A stretch of 64,000 nt of DNA from Chrysomallon squamiferum (GCA_012295275.1 CM022671.1:32674001-32738000); one strand, 5' to 3'; shown: positions 1-15,999, counted from the first letter of the stretch. Notes: generated by a model not told the origin, from the sequence alone. Numbers and translations: made by a program.

Positions 1-1396
1 TTTATATTCGGAATCAAGCGGTCGAAGGTGAGGAAGCGTTCGCTAAATTCTGCTTACTCGTTTCCTCTTGGATATGATATATTTTCCATCACGCCACCTC
101 TCTGTTTATGTGAATTCTTAGACACGCCTTCCAACATGTCTTAATCGATTCTGTTTTTCATGCTCGGCTGATGTAGGTTCTTTGATGTGAGTAAACTGCA
201 GCTATAAATTATATCCATAATAATAAAATCTTCCCTTCTTTTTCTTTTTTTTTAACCCCAAGAAAATCGCCCCTTGTCATGTTTTAACTGGTTCTGTTTT
301 CGCCGTTGCAGTGAGGTAGGTACCTCAGTATCCGAGCAGACTGCAGCTATAAATTAGTTACCCGATCACGCCTGAGAAGAGTTTTCTCCGGTGTAGCAGT
401 GTTTCTTCGAAAACACGTTTCGATCCGTTAACGAACAAAACCGCGGTGTACACAAATCAATGTAGGCACAGAATAATAATACAAGAAAAAGAAGAAAAAA
501 AAGAAAGTTGTTAGCTGATTGGGAGAACAACAACGTAGCGAAAAGAACATTAGAAAAAGCGATGTTCACGTGAAGGCATCAGACCGTATCAGACGTTATT
601 AACACAAATGTGGATTGATTCTCGCTGAAAAGATCACGTGAAGAACGAAACGTTTAATTCTTAGACACTTTAAAGCACTTGACAACTTGCCAATATCCCC
701 GACTGAGTCCCGTCGTGCAAATTGGTTTTCGCTTGCATGTGTGCAGTTAATGGAACACACTGTGTACACGAGTCAGCCTAAGGCTGTGTTATTTTCAGAC
801 TGTTACGATTGATTATCAACTTGTTGTTCGATTTTGCTGAGTGAAACTTCGTTTGGGACAAATGTCAGATAACTGTGACCATATGGATAATTCTAGAATG
901 GGAAATATACTTTAGATTATCAAATGAAACTCTTAAGATACGGATAATTCTAAAATGGCGGTTATATTTTAAATTATAAAATAAAATTCTTACGCCATGG
1001 ATAATTATTAAAAGAAAATATATTTCAAATTATCTTACCTCTCGATAAGTCTAAACTGATAGAAACATTTTAGATTATAAGATAATGTTAAATTGTTCTC
1101 TTGATGGACAAAGTGGTTGCACTGTACAAGAGATATAAAGATAAATGAAATACATGCAGATATAATTCTAATATGTGAAAAAAGAGTTCAGTTTTCATTT
1201 CAATTAATAACATAAGGTAATACATACAGACATTAAAAGACATTAATTTGATATATATAGTTTTACATTTACGGCACTTTGATTACCAAAATTATTTTGT
1301 ACAATTTAGTATTAAATTAGGATTTTCTATAACCAGCACATAATACTGTGTAAAACATTTTTTTTTTTTTATTTTAATTAATATCAGAGACTTTCC

Positions 1397-1483
<87 letters not shown>

Positions 1484-3027
1484 TATATTTTGGTAGATAA
1501 TAATGAATAATTATTTATATGTGTCCCAGTTTATGCTGCGTCTATGTCTGTATTTATCTAGGTTTCTTTCTCTGTTAATGTATTTACACGTGTCTGTTAG
1601 TGTGATATAAGGACAGATGGAAAGACGGATGCATTCATGCGTGGAGTCGTGTTTGGTTTATCTGCATGATGTTGTTTTCATATCACATTTTCTAATAAGT
1701 ATCGAAAGAGTTTATTATTTCTTTTGCTCACATAAACAGCGAAGAGATGAAAAGACAGTTTATCATAATATAATAAGTGGAAAACCACTGAAAAGTTTCC
1801 AAATATCAAAAACATTTCTAATCCGTCAACAAACAATTATTTCAGTACCGTCTACCAGATGGTATTGAAATAGCATTAAAAAAAAAAAAAAAAAAAAAAA
1901 AAATTAAACAAACAAACAAAGAACAGTAAATTTTTCTTTAAAGCAGATCCAATACTTTGGAAAAGTCTTTTTGAAAATCAGCTCTTTGGGTCAGCCCTGG
2001 CTAACTGCAGACTGGACGCTAAACGGATTAATACAGAAAAGAATATTGTGCCCTAAAATCTAAACTTTCTATTATGACTTACAGCTTTATGACAATTTGA
2101 CAGGCTGTTTGAAGTGAAGGCAAACATTGGTTATTTCTTTCCTGAAAACAACATTTGTGTTTTTTCTCAAAAGGGATCGTTTGAAAGAATATTTCCTTTC
2201 GTATTAGCTTAATGTTACAGTTTTGATTAAGTCTGAGACTAGACTGGTTCTTCTGCCACAGTAACATTGTTAGGAAGTAATAGATCGTGTATCCCAGGAG
2301 AGGAACGCTTCACCACAGCTTGAAGTAATTAACATGTAAATAAATATTCTTAACCACCACAGAACAGCTACAGAACAAATACGTAAAGATCGATCCGCGT
2401 CGGTTTACCAGTTGGGCTATTTCCCAGCCTAACCAGAACTCCAAAACTGGATGTCAAAAAGATAGTGTATATTTGACTGTTTATAGCAAAATCTATAATA
2501 ATGATTTCTTATGCTAATGGAAAAATGTCGTTCCTTTTCTCTGAAGATTATACGGTTGTTCAAATATAAAGAAAGTTATAACAGAAAATTATTCAAAGTG
2601 ACATTGTAAAATATAATTCAAAAAATATTTTACTGCATTGTTAATCACGTATGAACTGAAATATTACAATCTTTGTGTGGGTATTTTTTTCATGGCTCTG
2701 GGAAGAGTGTTGAATGGGCCACCCTCATTACACATCACTGAGCTAATTCAACATGTGATCTTATCACGCCATTTTGTTTTATGAATATAACCTATCAAAA
2801 TCTGAATAGCGACAGAGTGGGTTATTTTAACATAAAAAGTATATGGAAGAAAAAGGAGGAAGCGAGAAAGAAAAAAAAAAAAAACACTCAGAAAGACAAA
2901 ACGGAAAAAGAGAAACTAAAAAAATAGCGAAAGAAAATTAGAGAAGGAGAGGAGGCAGAAAGAGAGAAAGTGAGGGAAGATAAAAGAAATAGGAGAGAGA
3001 GAGAGAGAAAGATAGAAAGAAAGATAG

Positions 3028-3105
<78 letters not shown>

Positions 3106-3169
3106 TTCCATTAAAATGGATGAGGTGATCTGTTTTAAAATAAAATTTCTCTTTTTTTGTTTATTTCAG

Positions 3170-3324
3170 ATACAATCTATGAATATTCTGCACCTGAGAG
3201 TTTAGACTGTGATAGAGTCTAAGTCAAGCACAGTCATGTATTCGGGGACACTTAGCTTTTGCTGGTCGTTTTGCAGTCGAGTAATGGAGATTATCATTAA
3301 TTTAGCTCTGGACGCAAACTCGAC
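3170..3324 (+). other. Possible non-coding 5' UTR exon of the LHFPL-like gene
   Basis: Pyrimidine tract plus TTTCAG ends at 3169 and a GTGAGT donor starts at 3325. A further acceptor TTTTCAG at about 3597 leads towards the ATG at 4046. Based on splice signals only. Confidence 0.3.
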
Positions 3325-3793
3325 GTGAGTCTGCCGCAGAAAACAGACTCAGTGTCATTCACACAGGCGCAACGCCAGTCATCACCTTTGACATTAGATT
3401 TTCAATGATACAGCAAACACTTTTTTTTTTTTTTTAAATGGAATACATTCATCTCGTAAATTATTGCATCGTGATTCGTGATTAACTGACTGATACAGGA
3501 AAATGGCGTTGTTTTGAAAGTTTTTCGTATGTGTTATTTTTTATGCTACTGATAACAACTTGTTTTCAAATGATTTTGTTCTCTAATCTGTTTTCAGTAT
3601 AATGATACCAAAGCGGTGGATAACTTTGATATCCCACAAGAAGAGTTTTATTAATAAGTGCTGGATGAGTGGTGTTTCAGTCAGGATTTAAAACAAGTGA
3701 AATGTTGTTACAAATATTTGTGTATCTTATTTTCATCTGTGCTATGGTTTAGCAACTTTCTTAACTGGCTGGCGTCTTGGTTTGAAAACAGAA

Positions 3794-3846
<53 letters not shown>

Positions 3847-4045
3847 AACATGATTATGTAGTGGATTTACTTTCACAAATTGAAAAAAAAAGTTATGAAT
3901 AAAAATGCTTAAGATTTGCTCAATAGTGACGAGCACTGCCGATTGATACCGGACATTATCGACTATTGACGATCGTTATCGACTGATGGCGAAAATTACC
4001 GACTGATTACAAATATTACTAACTGATGCCGAACATCACCGTGAG

Positions 4046-4491
4046 ATGCCATCACCGATCTTATTAATCTGGGTGGTGCTTACGGTTTTGATTTCGGGGA
4101 CGTGCACATTCAGTTTTTTACAACCTTACTGGTTTGTTCACAAAAACTCTCTTCAGTCTTTTGGAATGATTAGTTTCTGTTTCAAAGACATACAGACTTA
4201 TAGAATACGTGAAGTATGCAAGTTTTACGGCGGAAGTTTCAGCATGGGACGGGTACCAGTGAGGGCGTGGCAGGCCGCGTGCGTACTCTTCGGGGGAGGA
4301 TGCGCTCTGATTAGTTTGAGCGCCTTTGTGTCTGTTTGTGTTATCTGTCTTCCCATTGGTTACCAAAAAACAACGACGAAGCTCATCGGCTATATTCAAA
4401 TTGTTGCAGGTATGAAGTACATTATTATTACGTATTGTAAATATTTTATTGTGCGGTGTTTTGTTTTTGTTTTTGTTTTTGTTTGTTTGTA

Positions 4492-4566
<75 letters not shown>

Positions 4567-5915
4567 TCACACACACACATATATATATATAAAAAATATC
4601 TATTGTGAGTGAGAGAGATACCACATCCGCGCGCGCGCGCACACACACACACACACTCACGTACACACATATATGTAAGCTATGATAATAATAATTTTGG
4701 AGAACAGGCTATAATGGGAAATAGGCCAATAGACACACTGATAAGAACCGAACCTGCAGCTATCAGTTATTAAGCGGTGCGACCATTAACTACAACCCGC
4801 TTCATCATCAGTCTTCTCTCAGAGCCTAGGAGAGAATTACTTAAGCAAAATTCGGTCTAGACATCGAAACTTACGTTAGGAAGTCTATTTTCAATCTGAC
4901 GCTCATTATCAATAGATAGGAATTAGTCGGCCGCTGTCGGCGTTTTGGGATCGTTTATCAAATAAGCTGACGGTCATCTGCAAACAGTCTGACAGAGAAA
5001 TGTCCAATTAAGGAACACACAATCAACGTTTTGCCCGTTTTGATCAAGCGTATTCTTCGAAATAAAAATATATCGTGAACCAGATTAAAAGAGAAGATTT
5101 CCGAATGTATATGTGTTTTGTATGTGTATTTGAATATGCATGTTGATGTTGATGTAGATATATATGTATATGTATTTATGTGTGTGCGTGCGTGTGGGTT
5201 TGTCATTATGAGCGTTGCTTCGAAGAGTTTTCGAAGGCCTAATTTTAATTCCCAATACAGAAAAATAACACGGAATAACACCGCATTAAGATGTCATTAA
5301 AATATCTTAGCCATAAGGCGATCTCAGTTTTGAAATCTTCAGTGATAATGTAATGACGTTATTTCTTTTCCATTACGTGCTGTCGTTGTGAAAACACTCG
5401 AGCAGACGATTATTTGTCATCACTGTCAATGCACTGTTTACTAAGCCGTGCAAGACACTGCGTGATTGGTTTGTTCAGGAACAGACTGTAAGTTCCTTGC
5501 TTAGATTAATCTTCCAGGCGGTCTTTGGGGTAATTCTTATTTCTGGCTGCAGCATTTCTCTTTATCTTCAGTGTCAGAGCAACACTGAATCAGAGAATCG
5601 CAATATAAGAAAAATGATTATGTATTTATTTTGTTTGCACGGCAACGGGATAATAAACTTTAGAATTACAATCAATAATACATTTATTATTATTTTTTTT
5701 TATAGGATTCTGTATATTAAAAAATACAATATGATGAAACTCTGAAATTGCAGTAGTTTCCGAATTAAGGTTACAAACAGTTAATACAGTTTGTTTCTAT
5801 GTTTTTCTATATTATATAGTGGAGATCGATACGAAAGCCAGCAATCAGTATTAAATAATAAAATAAAAAATCGAGCTATCAGCATTAAATTATGTTACGT
5901 ACAAGCCATGGTCAT

Positions 5916-5967
<52 letters not shown>

Positions 5968-8900
5968 TACATACTCACACAGACACACACACATACACAC
6001 ACATACACACACACAGACACAAAATCTCTCCGACACAACGAAATACACAAACCTGTTATAAAGATTTCTTACGATCTAACATTTCGATGGTTTTTATTGT
6101 TATTATTTTTTTAACTCTCAGAACTGAAGCTCGGATACATTGCAACATTTTCGTTTTTATAGCAAACCCAGCACTTAATGACTTTCTTATGATCGTCTTA
6201 GACGTGATCGATGATTTCTGGGAAAAGATATTCACCAGAGAAGAAACATAACTTGTTTTAATACAAGAAATATTCTTGAGACGACAAATTACACTAATGT
6301 TTGCTATTAGATGGAATTACCAAGAGACTGGAATAAGCTAAAGATTCTCAAGGTACTGGATTATAGATAATAATAAATTTACTTCGTCTTTTTTCTTCCC
6401 CGCAGCATTCCTAATTTTGGAAAAACGCTCATCGGAAGATGTATCACTTGTTGAAGATTTCTTTTCTTTTTCTGTCATGCCTGACGCGCCTGGAATAAGC
6501 CTAAGATTCTTGAAGTACTAGATTATAGATAATAATAAATTTACTGCATCCTTTTCCGAGACGTTCCTAAATTTGGCAAAAATCTTTATCCGAAAACTAG
6601 TAAGCGCTTAGAGATTCCTTTTTATTATTTTTATCAAGACTGAAGGCCGTTTCAGAATTTTCCAAATTTAATTTTTTTTTTTTAATCTGCATTATTCCAG
6701 CAACGGCATTTAAGCCACGCCATTCGGAAATTAGATTTAAAAAGAATCCGAGGTAAGGTTTACCCAGGACACGATCCTAAATTAAATATCGACTGAGAAA
6801 TTCCGCTAGACAGTTTTAATAGAGGATAGGAAGGTAATAAAATTGAAATATTTAAAGATCTATAGCTGTATATTTGGTCTAAACATATTCTTCTTTCCTA
6901 GTATATAATATTATCAGAGATTCAAGTTTATCATGTTGGAAAAAAAAAAAAAAATACATTTCATTCATCTGGTTTTATGTTATCTGATGTAAATATGAAA
7001 ATTAATTGATTACAACGCTGCCATTTTGGAATTTCTTTCGTTTCTGTTTTCCCCAGATGAAATCTCCACACGCACTTAGATCTTACAAGATATATATAAT
7101 CAGAACTATATGTATATATGAAACCCTTTTATCGGACAGCAGTATATGATCTTTTACGTACATGTTTTTTTCAATCAGACAGGAACGCACGTACCATGTC
7201 TTTTATTAAATCACTCGTGACGTATCGACTGGAACCGACAACAACACAGTTGCCGCGCCGAGCAGGATCGATCACTTGAACCATCGGCCTCGAGCCGAGC
7301 GCGCTAACAGCTGAAACCCAGCCAGTACTAATACAGTAAAGACATCCAGGATTTAAATTCTCTTTGCGGCACTTGCACTTAACCAAGCTTAATGGCTTCT
7401 ATAAATCTGTTTGGTGCGTGCCCGGCGTACTTATCACCGTAACCGCTCTTCGTTACGCTGACAAATAGCCCGCATAGCAGTTAATGTCTCTCTCGTGCGG
7501 CAAGCACCGTTGATTAACAGTTTCCGACGTTCCAATTTACCTCTATTGTCCGCAAACATGTCATCTTCAGAGAACTGATCAAGCAGAAAACTAATTCGGA
7601 ACAGGCGAGGAATAGAAGAGACAGGGAAGGTAATATACTGACGTCAACTAGACATTTACGAGGTATCAGTTTAAAAGAAAGAAAAAGAAGACAAAAAACA
7701 AAAAAACCAAATAAAACTAAAAAAAAACAACAAACAACAACAAATCAGCCAACCAACCAACTAAAGAAAAAACCAAAAAAAGTTAATAATAATAAAAATA
7801 ATAAAAATAGACATCAGCCTTAAAGTACTTTCTCAATCTGAAGGTCGTGACTGGATCTACAATGACGAGGCAAGAATTTCAGACTTTATTTTTTAAAACC
7901 TTTTCTCACGTAATCGCGTCATCAATATTCTCAGAAACTAATACCACTCGAAGGTTTGGACGTGCGGTAATACACGGTAATTTCAGCTGTTAGTGACTTT
8001 TGCTAACATGTTAAATTCAGGACTGAGATTTTTCTAGAGATTGTTTTACGATTGAACTGTACGTACGGTGAAGCCGGATATGTACATTAAAACTAAGAGC
8101 ACTGCCAAAATAAGTATTGTTTTTGTTTTTACTGTCATTTCTTCTTTTTATGCAGATTCTCTCTAAGAGGAATATCAAAGATCATTTGCTGTATATCCAT
8201 CTTTCTGTTTGCCTGTTCCAAGAAGTGTTCTAGGACTGTTTTATAAAATGCAATGATATATGCCTACCTGTCAGGAAGACTAATATAAAAAGTATCTCTC
8301 TGCTAAAAGATAATGATAGATATTTTTTCTCTAAGTCATTAATGATCAAGAAAGATGTACTTGACACTTGCTATTACATAAAATGATGATATGAGATGTT
8401 GTAAAATAATATGCAATTTTTCTTCTCGAACCGGCAAAATCAATAGATAAAACAGACGAGTGATATTGTTTAATCACCTATTGAAAACACAACGTAATAA
8501 CATAACAAAAATGATTACAGCTGCAGATTAGATAATATCTCATTATTCACCGAATCAACGCCACTTTATTTAATAAATTCTCGTTAAAGAAAATGTTCTC
8601 TTTAAATAAACGATCACGTATTTACAATGTCAGACCGTCCACGAAATCTGACCCGTCTTTGTAACAGCATGGACAGAACTTTGCCACGCTGCAACCAAAA
8701 CCATTAACTTGTTGATAATTGAATTATTCTACAAAAGATGGATTTGCCTCTCGTGTCTCTGGAACAGTTGCTGCGGTTTCCATTACCAGTGCCGCGACCG
8801 AGTGTCTTGAATACTTAAGTAAACCACGAGTTCCATTAGAAGCAAATCCTCCAGCAATCCACTGCCGGAGTGAAAACATTTTCACGCTGCATATCAACAC

Positions 8901-9911
8901 AAACACGACTCACTCAGCAGCATCTAAATGGTTGCGAGAATTAAACTATTAGTTACAGCTCACTATGTGGATTTAGTTAACAATTCGTTGACTAAACAGA
9001 GTTCCCGATTCCTTCCATTAATTCAGTGATGTTCATCTAGTTTTATAACGTGAAATAACATGAAGATGGAGAGAGAGAGAGAGAGACAGAGGTCGTTTTG
9101 TTATAGTAGCAAATAAAAAACTGACTCTGTTTCATTCATTCCAATTTTTGTTTATTACTGATATATTTATAGTTTGTGTCTTCTTCTTTTTTCTTTTTTT
9201 TTAAATATGAATCTCATACACGGCAAAATTGTTTTATTAAGGAGGTTTTATTTTCTTTATTATTAACTTTTGTATTTATGAAACCTTATGAGAAGTGACT
9301 TTATTATTAGTAAACATTAAGCGCCACATTTATACATCAAAAGCTTGGAAATTTTTTTTTATTTTTTTTTTTTAGAACTAGCTGTAGTAGACCAGTGAAT
9401 GTTGAACAGACTCTGTAGAGATTAATAATTAGATAACTGTTAGCGTATCTTTCATACAAGGACAGGATCTAAAAAATTTAAAAATCCCTTTCTGCTAACT
9501 GATAAAGGTAACCCACAACGAAGGATTTCTTTATCGTACTATCATTACACACGAAAACATTTGACTGGTAGCACGTATACGACTAACAATCGTTCCCATT
9601 AAAATGTTTTACGGTTATGTCAAACAGTTATTACATTTGCTTTTGGTTATTTATTGTCCAGTAATAAAAGGTTTTATTTTGTCTTTTCAGTTTTAATCAT
9701 GGTGGCCGGTTTATTGATTTACCCTCTGGGACTCGAATCTTCGTTCTTCCGCCATTACTGCGGCGAATCGGCTTCCTCTTACCATTCAGGGCAGTGTATG
9801 ATTGGCTGGAGCTATATGCTTGGAATTATGGGAGCCGCGTTATCAATTTTCTGCCCATTCCTAGCTCAGTTTACAGATCTGAAACCTGGAGATATTTTTT
9901 TAAGTAACTAA
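4046..9911 (+). CDS. LHFPL (lipoma HMGIC fusion partner-like / claudin-like) tetraspan membrane protein, 194 aa, 2 coding exons: 4046-4409, 9691-9911
   Basis: Exon 1 MPSPILLIWVVLT...FLQPYWF...SFGMISFC...CKFYGG...WQAACVLFGGGC...YIQIVA ends at GCAG|GTATGA (phase 1). Exon 2 follows TTTTCAG and reads VLIMVAGLLIYPLGLESSFFRHYCGESASSYHSGQCMIGWSYMLGIMGAALSIFCPFLAQFT...*. The frames join (585 nt). Four hydrophobic helices and the YPxG...C...Y..G.C.IGWSY motif are typical of the LHFPL family. AATAAA at 9970. The exact paralog cannot be assigned. Confidence 0.9.
6328..6620. repeat. Local direct duplication (about 160 bp, 2 copies) in the LHFPL intron
   Basis: CTGGAATAAGC(T/C)(A/T)AAGATTCT...TACT(G/A)GATTATAGATAATAATAAATTTACT occurs at about 6328 and about 6490. 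Confidence 0.7.
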
Positions 9912-10002
9912 TACACTAACCTTATGTTGTTTATGTTGTGATATTACTTACTGTATGTTGCTTGTTATTAATAAAACTTATTAATATGCACAAATATTAT
10001 GG

Positions 10003-10054
<52 letters not shown>

Positions 10055-10062
10055 GTATATAT

Positions 10063-10106
<44 letters not shown>

Positions 10107-12105
10107 GTAAACAGATGGCTACACATAAATTCACTTTAATTGGAAAAAAAAAAAAAAAAGACAAAAAAAAAAAAAAAAAAAAAAAAAAATCAGTAATCAT
10201 AACAAAATAAAAATACGAAGCAACAAAGTCTGTTGTATGTTTTTTCCTAACTGATGAAAGACGCATACAAAACATTTCTATGTGCTTATCGAAAAGAATT
10301 AATCTGTATTTTGCAGCACTGGGTTTCCTTTTGCTATCCACATATAAATCCACGTAAATAATCGTTTATTTAAAGTCATATAAGTGTGGAGTACGATGAT
10401 AAATAAATAAAACATCTGTTTGATTAAACCATTCTTCTGTTCAGTGCTAGCAATCCATCTCAGTAGTGACCTCTACTCAGAATTAGTTGGAGAATAGTAA
10501 GATAACTAATCTTCTAACACACTAACATTATGTCCAGGATTATGTTTTTAAGTTTAAATATTACATTAGAGGTAAATTAGAATTACTGACTGATTACAGT
10601 CTCTTTGAAAGTTACTGTCTAATGCGATCATTTTGCGAAGATAAAATAAAAATAGCTGCAGTAAAATGAGAAGTCACTGTATCATTGGCATGATCAACCA
10701 CCCAACAGGAAGAATACCAAGACCACTTCCCCTCAATCTAATAAATATAACTGAAAAAAACAAAAGAAAACAACAACAAACAAACAATAATAATAATAAT
10801 AAAAAAATAAACATAAAACCCCCCAGAATCTTCTTATAAATTAATATATCTTAGTAAAGAGAAAGCTTATGGAAAAATCTAGTTAAGAAAATATGTAATA
10901 ACAACAGCACCACAAAACCAATTCACATCTCTTTCCATGGCATAAATAACACCAACAACGACAATAACATAATGATGATGATGATGATAATTAAAGACAA
11001 CAACAACAACAATAAAAACTGTATAAATGCAAACAAATGAAAAGTAACAAACAAAAAAACCACAAAAAAACCCCACAAAAAACAACAACACGACACTAAC
11101 AATAGAATCCAAAATATAAAAACTTAATAAAAAATATGGTACTACAAAATCCTTTTAATTATTAATATATATAGATTTTATTATTATTTTACGATAAATC
11201 GATTTAAAAAAACAAAACAGAAAAAGAATAAATAAAAAGAAAGATAAAAAAAAAGAAAAAAAAAAGAAGAAAAAAGATAATAATATTGCTTTTTCTTTTT
11301 CACTGGACGAAAGCCAAACAGATAGTCTGACAAGGCCGCCATCTTTGTCAAAGTTGAAAACATTAATTCTGGTTGAAAGGTGCTGTTGATTTTATTACTG
11401 AACAGTTCATTATTTTTAAAGTGTTAATTTGTTGAAATATTTGAAACGTAACGCCTGACTGCTGCTCCGTTTTCTCTCAGTTTCATTTCTATATATTTTT
11501 TTTTAAATACTGTAATCTAATCTCTTAACGAATTTTTTTTTTTTTTTTTTTTTTACGCAAATCCGAAACTTCGGCAATGGTTTCGTCAACCGACACGCCT
11601 ACTTGTTACGCTTGAAGTTGGCAATCTTCGTGCAAAACGTTATCTGACGATCTAATGTCAGTTTAGTCTGAAGTCATTTCCGCATTGAACTTATCATTAA
11701 ACTCGGACACTCTCGCTCACTCGACGAAGGAGGTAATGGGAATTTGTATAAGCTGTCTATCAAGCCGACAGCCGTACGCGAACTCAGTAATTACGGTACT
11801 TGAAATGGAGGTTTCCAGCCAAAGAACGGAAACAGATTGGCACTTGCAAGTTGACGTCTGCTCACTTGAAAAATAATATCTCTATTAAAAGCACTCATGC
11901 AGAACTAAAAAGATACGGGCTGGATTATGTTGTTTCACGCAATATACTGGCTTTACATTAGTAAAGTAATTAACAATTTTACAGTCGATTTAATTTCTGC
12001 ACGGAGAACAGCTATCTTATCGTAGTAGAGATCATCGTTTCAAAAACAGGTTACAAATGCAATAATCGAAATACCATAATCGAATTAATTAAATAATAAT
12101 AATAA

Positions 12106-12143
<38 letters not shown>

Positions 12144-12849
12144 GTACAACATCAAGAATGATAATAATAACGATTATGATGATAATGATCATTATGATGA
12201 TTAAAAAGAAGAAAGATCGGCATACTCAGTATTGAAAACAGAACTGTGATTCATCAAAATTGTGTTTACGACTTCGTCAGACATCTTGTTTTCATCGCTA
12301 CAACAGAACGGAGCACACTGGCTCGTCTCAGACTGTTTCTGCTTTCCTCCTGTTGAAAAGAAGATATTTCACCATGTACACTGCCAAACAACAAACTCTT
12401 CACATTAGTTTATTCTTGTACCCTGACTCAGTGAATACGCCATTAAAAAAAAAATGATCTGTATAATAAAAACAAAAATAATAAATTCCTAAACAGACAA
12501 ACAAATTAAAATCCACACTGAAACCCCTTTACTTAAAAAAAAAAGAAGAAGAAAAAAGGAAGACTAAGAAATAACATAAAAAATCCAACAACAAAAAACA
12601 AAACAAAAAGAAACAACAACCTAAAACCAACAACAAAACAAAAACCTCGAACAACAGCAACAAACAATAAAAAAAAGAAAAGAAAAAGTAAATAAAAACC
12701 AAAACAACAACAACAACAAAACAAACGCAAGAAATCTGTACCCCATTTAAAAAACAACAACAACAAAAGAACACAAGAAGGAAACAAAAAAACCCAGGAA
12801 AAACAAGAATGAAATAATCAAAAACGAATCATAATTAACGATTTTACCA

Positions 12850-13100
12850 TTTATTTAAAAAAATTCATGATAAACATTATTACTATTTATTTAAAACATT
12901 TTTTCATGATAAACATTATTACTGTTTATTTAAAACATTTTTCATGATAAACATTATTATTATTTATTTCCAATGTTTTTTTATGACGAAACATTATTAC
13001 TGTTTATTTAACATTTTTTTCATAATCAACGACTTTGTTTTTTAACATTTATTTAAAAAGCATTCATGACAAAACATTATTACTATTTATTTAAGACATT
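12850..13100. repeat. Degenerate AT-rich minisatellite (about 37-40 bp unit)
   Basis: TTTTTCATGATAAACATTATTACT(A/G)TTTATTTAAAACA repeated about 6 times. Confidence 0.75.
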
Positions 13101-14156
13101 CATCCTATTATAAAACGGCCTTGATGACTGTATGAACCGACAGTTCTTCTGATACTTCAGAACAAAATGGACATAAATAAATAAATCCTTTATACCGAAT
13201 TAAGCGAGAGTATCTCTGTAATATAAATCGAAACGCGTTTACTGAGATTCTTGTGAGCGCTGATTTTGCAGATACTCGAGTCATTAAGCCGTGGATAGAT
13301 GGAGAATGATCTGTCTGCAATTTCTTTCCGTGTTCCTCACAGATCGACGTGCCAGTGAAGTCTTTGAAAAGAAAATGGATCCGGAACGCTTACCACAGAA
13401 TCACCAAATAACAGTTGTCTTGAAATCGATATCTTTATTGCAGCCTTGTAGAAAATTCTAGTTCAGTTGTCAGTTTTCTAGGCTGGGGGTTCAATTCTCG
13501 TGTGTGCGCCCATTGATTAATTTTCTGTTATGGCTTCAGTTTGTGCCTTACAGTTAATGGAAAGGTTCGTATTTTTAGATTTCTTGCCGCTAATAAAAAA
13601 AGTGTACTTCCTGCAGTGGTGACTGGAAGTTTCCATTTTAAGTCGTGATTTTGTTTTGTTTCGTTTTTATAATCGCTACTATTAACTTAGGAAGAAACGC
13701 CAAATCAACTGTTTATTCATTCGTTCATTAATGCAATCGCCTATTTATCCACAATATCCACATTTTTAACGCCCTTCTTAAGCGTCTTTGTCTCTAATGC
13801 ACACTGACGATTTAATTTCAGACTTAGAAGAATCATTCGATTCGTTGTCATTTTTATGTACATTCGGAAAAAGAGTATTTTTAAGACTCACTTGGATACA
13901 TTTCTGTACTTTGAATATCAATATTCAGCCTTAATTTGAGTCAGTGAAATTGCGAGATAGCAGTATTTTCTTATTATACCATTTATATCAGCAAATACTG
14001 GCAACCAGTCACTAATGTAACAGGTACGATAGATGTACAGACAGTGTGTTTATATTATTATTTCTTTGTTCTGCATGTACATTTTAAATATCATGTCTAC
14101 TGGATTTTATGAATCTTATAGTGAATATATAGGTATCATTTTTTTAAATAATAATA

Positions 14157-14226
<70 letters not shown>

Positions 14227-15999
14227 TAATAATAATAGTGATAATAATAATAATGAAGATGATAATTAAACAAAATAATACACCCATTAAAAAAACAAAA
14301 CAAAACTCCCCAGACAAAAAAAAAAAAACAAAAAAAAAACACAAAAAAAAAAACACAACAAAAACAACAACAACAAACAAACAATAAAACAAAATAAATA
14401 AAAACAACAACAAACTAATAAAGATTAACGACGGTGATCGTTCTTACTTTCAGTATTGTAATATTATGTGATTTAAATGATGAATATTTTTAAAACATGG
14501 GAATAGTGTCTTTAAAATAAATAAATAAATAAATAAATAAATTAAATAAACAACGAACAAGAAAGTACCATGACAGTGTACTAAGATTGGTCGGTTTGAA
14601 AATACTGACAAGCCACTAAGAGTTATCGGTCTTTCACAGGTTAACTTAGAATCCTTAACAAGTAATAAAGCAAACAAGCAAACAACAACAAAACCAACCC
14701 CAAAAAAAAAAAAAAAATCCATCAGCAAACAACAAAAAAAAAAAAAAAAAAAACACAGCCCAAAAAAAAACAATCAAACAAAAAAACCCAGTAAATAATT
14801 AAATAAATAAATAAATAAATAAATAACAATAAAAGCCTAAAGAAACAATGCAAAAAAAAAGAGAGAAGGAAACGGTTAAATATTTTGAAATAAAACAACA
14901 ATAAAAAAAAACTAAAAAAAAAACAAAACAACAAACAACAAAAAAAAAAAAACAACAACAACAAATAAACAACATATACATATATGGGCATGGCCATGAT
15001 AACATTATCACGTGATGGGCGGGCCTGTGTGGTGTAAAGTTGATTCTAGTGTTGTCAGAAACACGCAGTACATCGCTTCGTTTTGAAATGTTTTGTTAGA
15101 GTCTTTTTTTTATAGTCCTAAAATAGTAGTAGTAAAATAGCAATTAAAACAAAAAATCAAACAAAACAAACACTCACAAAACCTCCACAAACACCCCCAA
15201 AAAAATAACAATAAAAATAACAAAGAAATAATAATAATAAAAAATGAAAAAATCATACAAAAAATAAATAAAAATAATAACATAAAAATGTAAAAACAAC
15301 AACAACAAACGTCATGAAAAAATAATTAAAACAACAAACAAAACAAACAAATAAAAAGTGTCAGCAAAATCTGCACAATAAGCGTTGTTGTGACATGAGA
15401 TAACAACAGAGTGTGTTGAATACATGAATATTTAATTTGTTTAAGCACGCTGTAAATATTAATATAAAACACTTGTATTTACTCGATGTACAGAAATAAT
15501 TTTCACTTACGTAATACTAGATATCATACGACAGTATCATATACAGCAATACCTAACGTTTTAACGGCTCTGGTGTAAATCTGTCTACGTGTACGTCTGT
15601 CTGTGTGTCTGTCTCTCTATATCTATAATCTGCTATTTTTTTTGTGTGTTAATACAACAAACTATTAAGTTTAAAAGTTGCATAACATTTTTATTCAAAC
15701 TTCAGTAATTCATTAATTGTTTCCAAAATTGAGTTCCATGATTCATTTTGAATGAAATGCATACAATATGACAATAACTGTCATTACAACTGTAACAAGG
15801 TACACAAGACATTAAATAGTCAAAGAAAGGTTTGTACATAAAAGAAAGAAAAAACTCAGAACAAATAAATAAACAAACAAAATAAAAATAAATAAAATAA
15901 ATAAATAAAGAAGGAACGAAATAAATGATGAAAAATGAATAAGTAAATCAAACGAAGGTTATTTATTTAAAATAATATTTCCCTTGATTCTCGCAGCTT

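Noticed and set aside
3935-4045. Degenerate ~11-bp repeats (ACCGA/ATCGACT-like) just upstream of the LHFPL start
   Set aside because: Too degenerate to define a unit or a function. Probably an old minisatellite in the 5' UTR.
4410-4612. 3' part of the 188-aa ORF 4046-4612
   Set aside because: It is read-through into intron 1 and a (GT)n microsatellite. The true CDS splices at 4409 to 9691.
7195-7330. tRNA-like sequence on the minus strand (also about 4745-4800 and about 55420-55500)
   Set aside because: Only degenerate A/B-box-like motifs are present and there is no cloverleaf. These are at most old tRNA-derived SINE heads, not tRNA genes.
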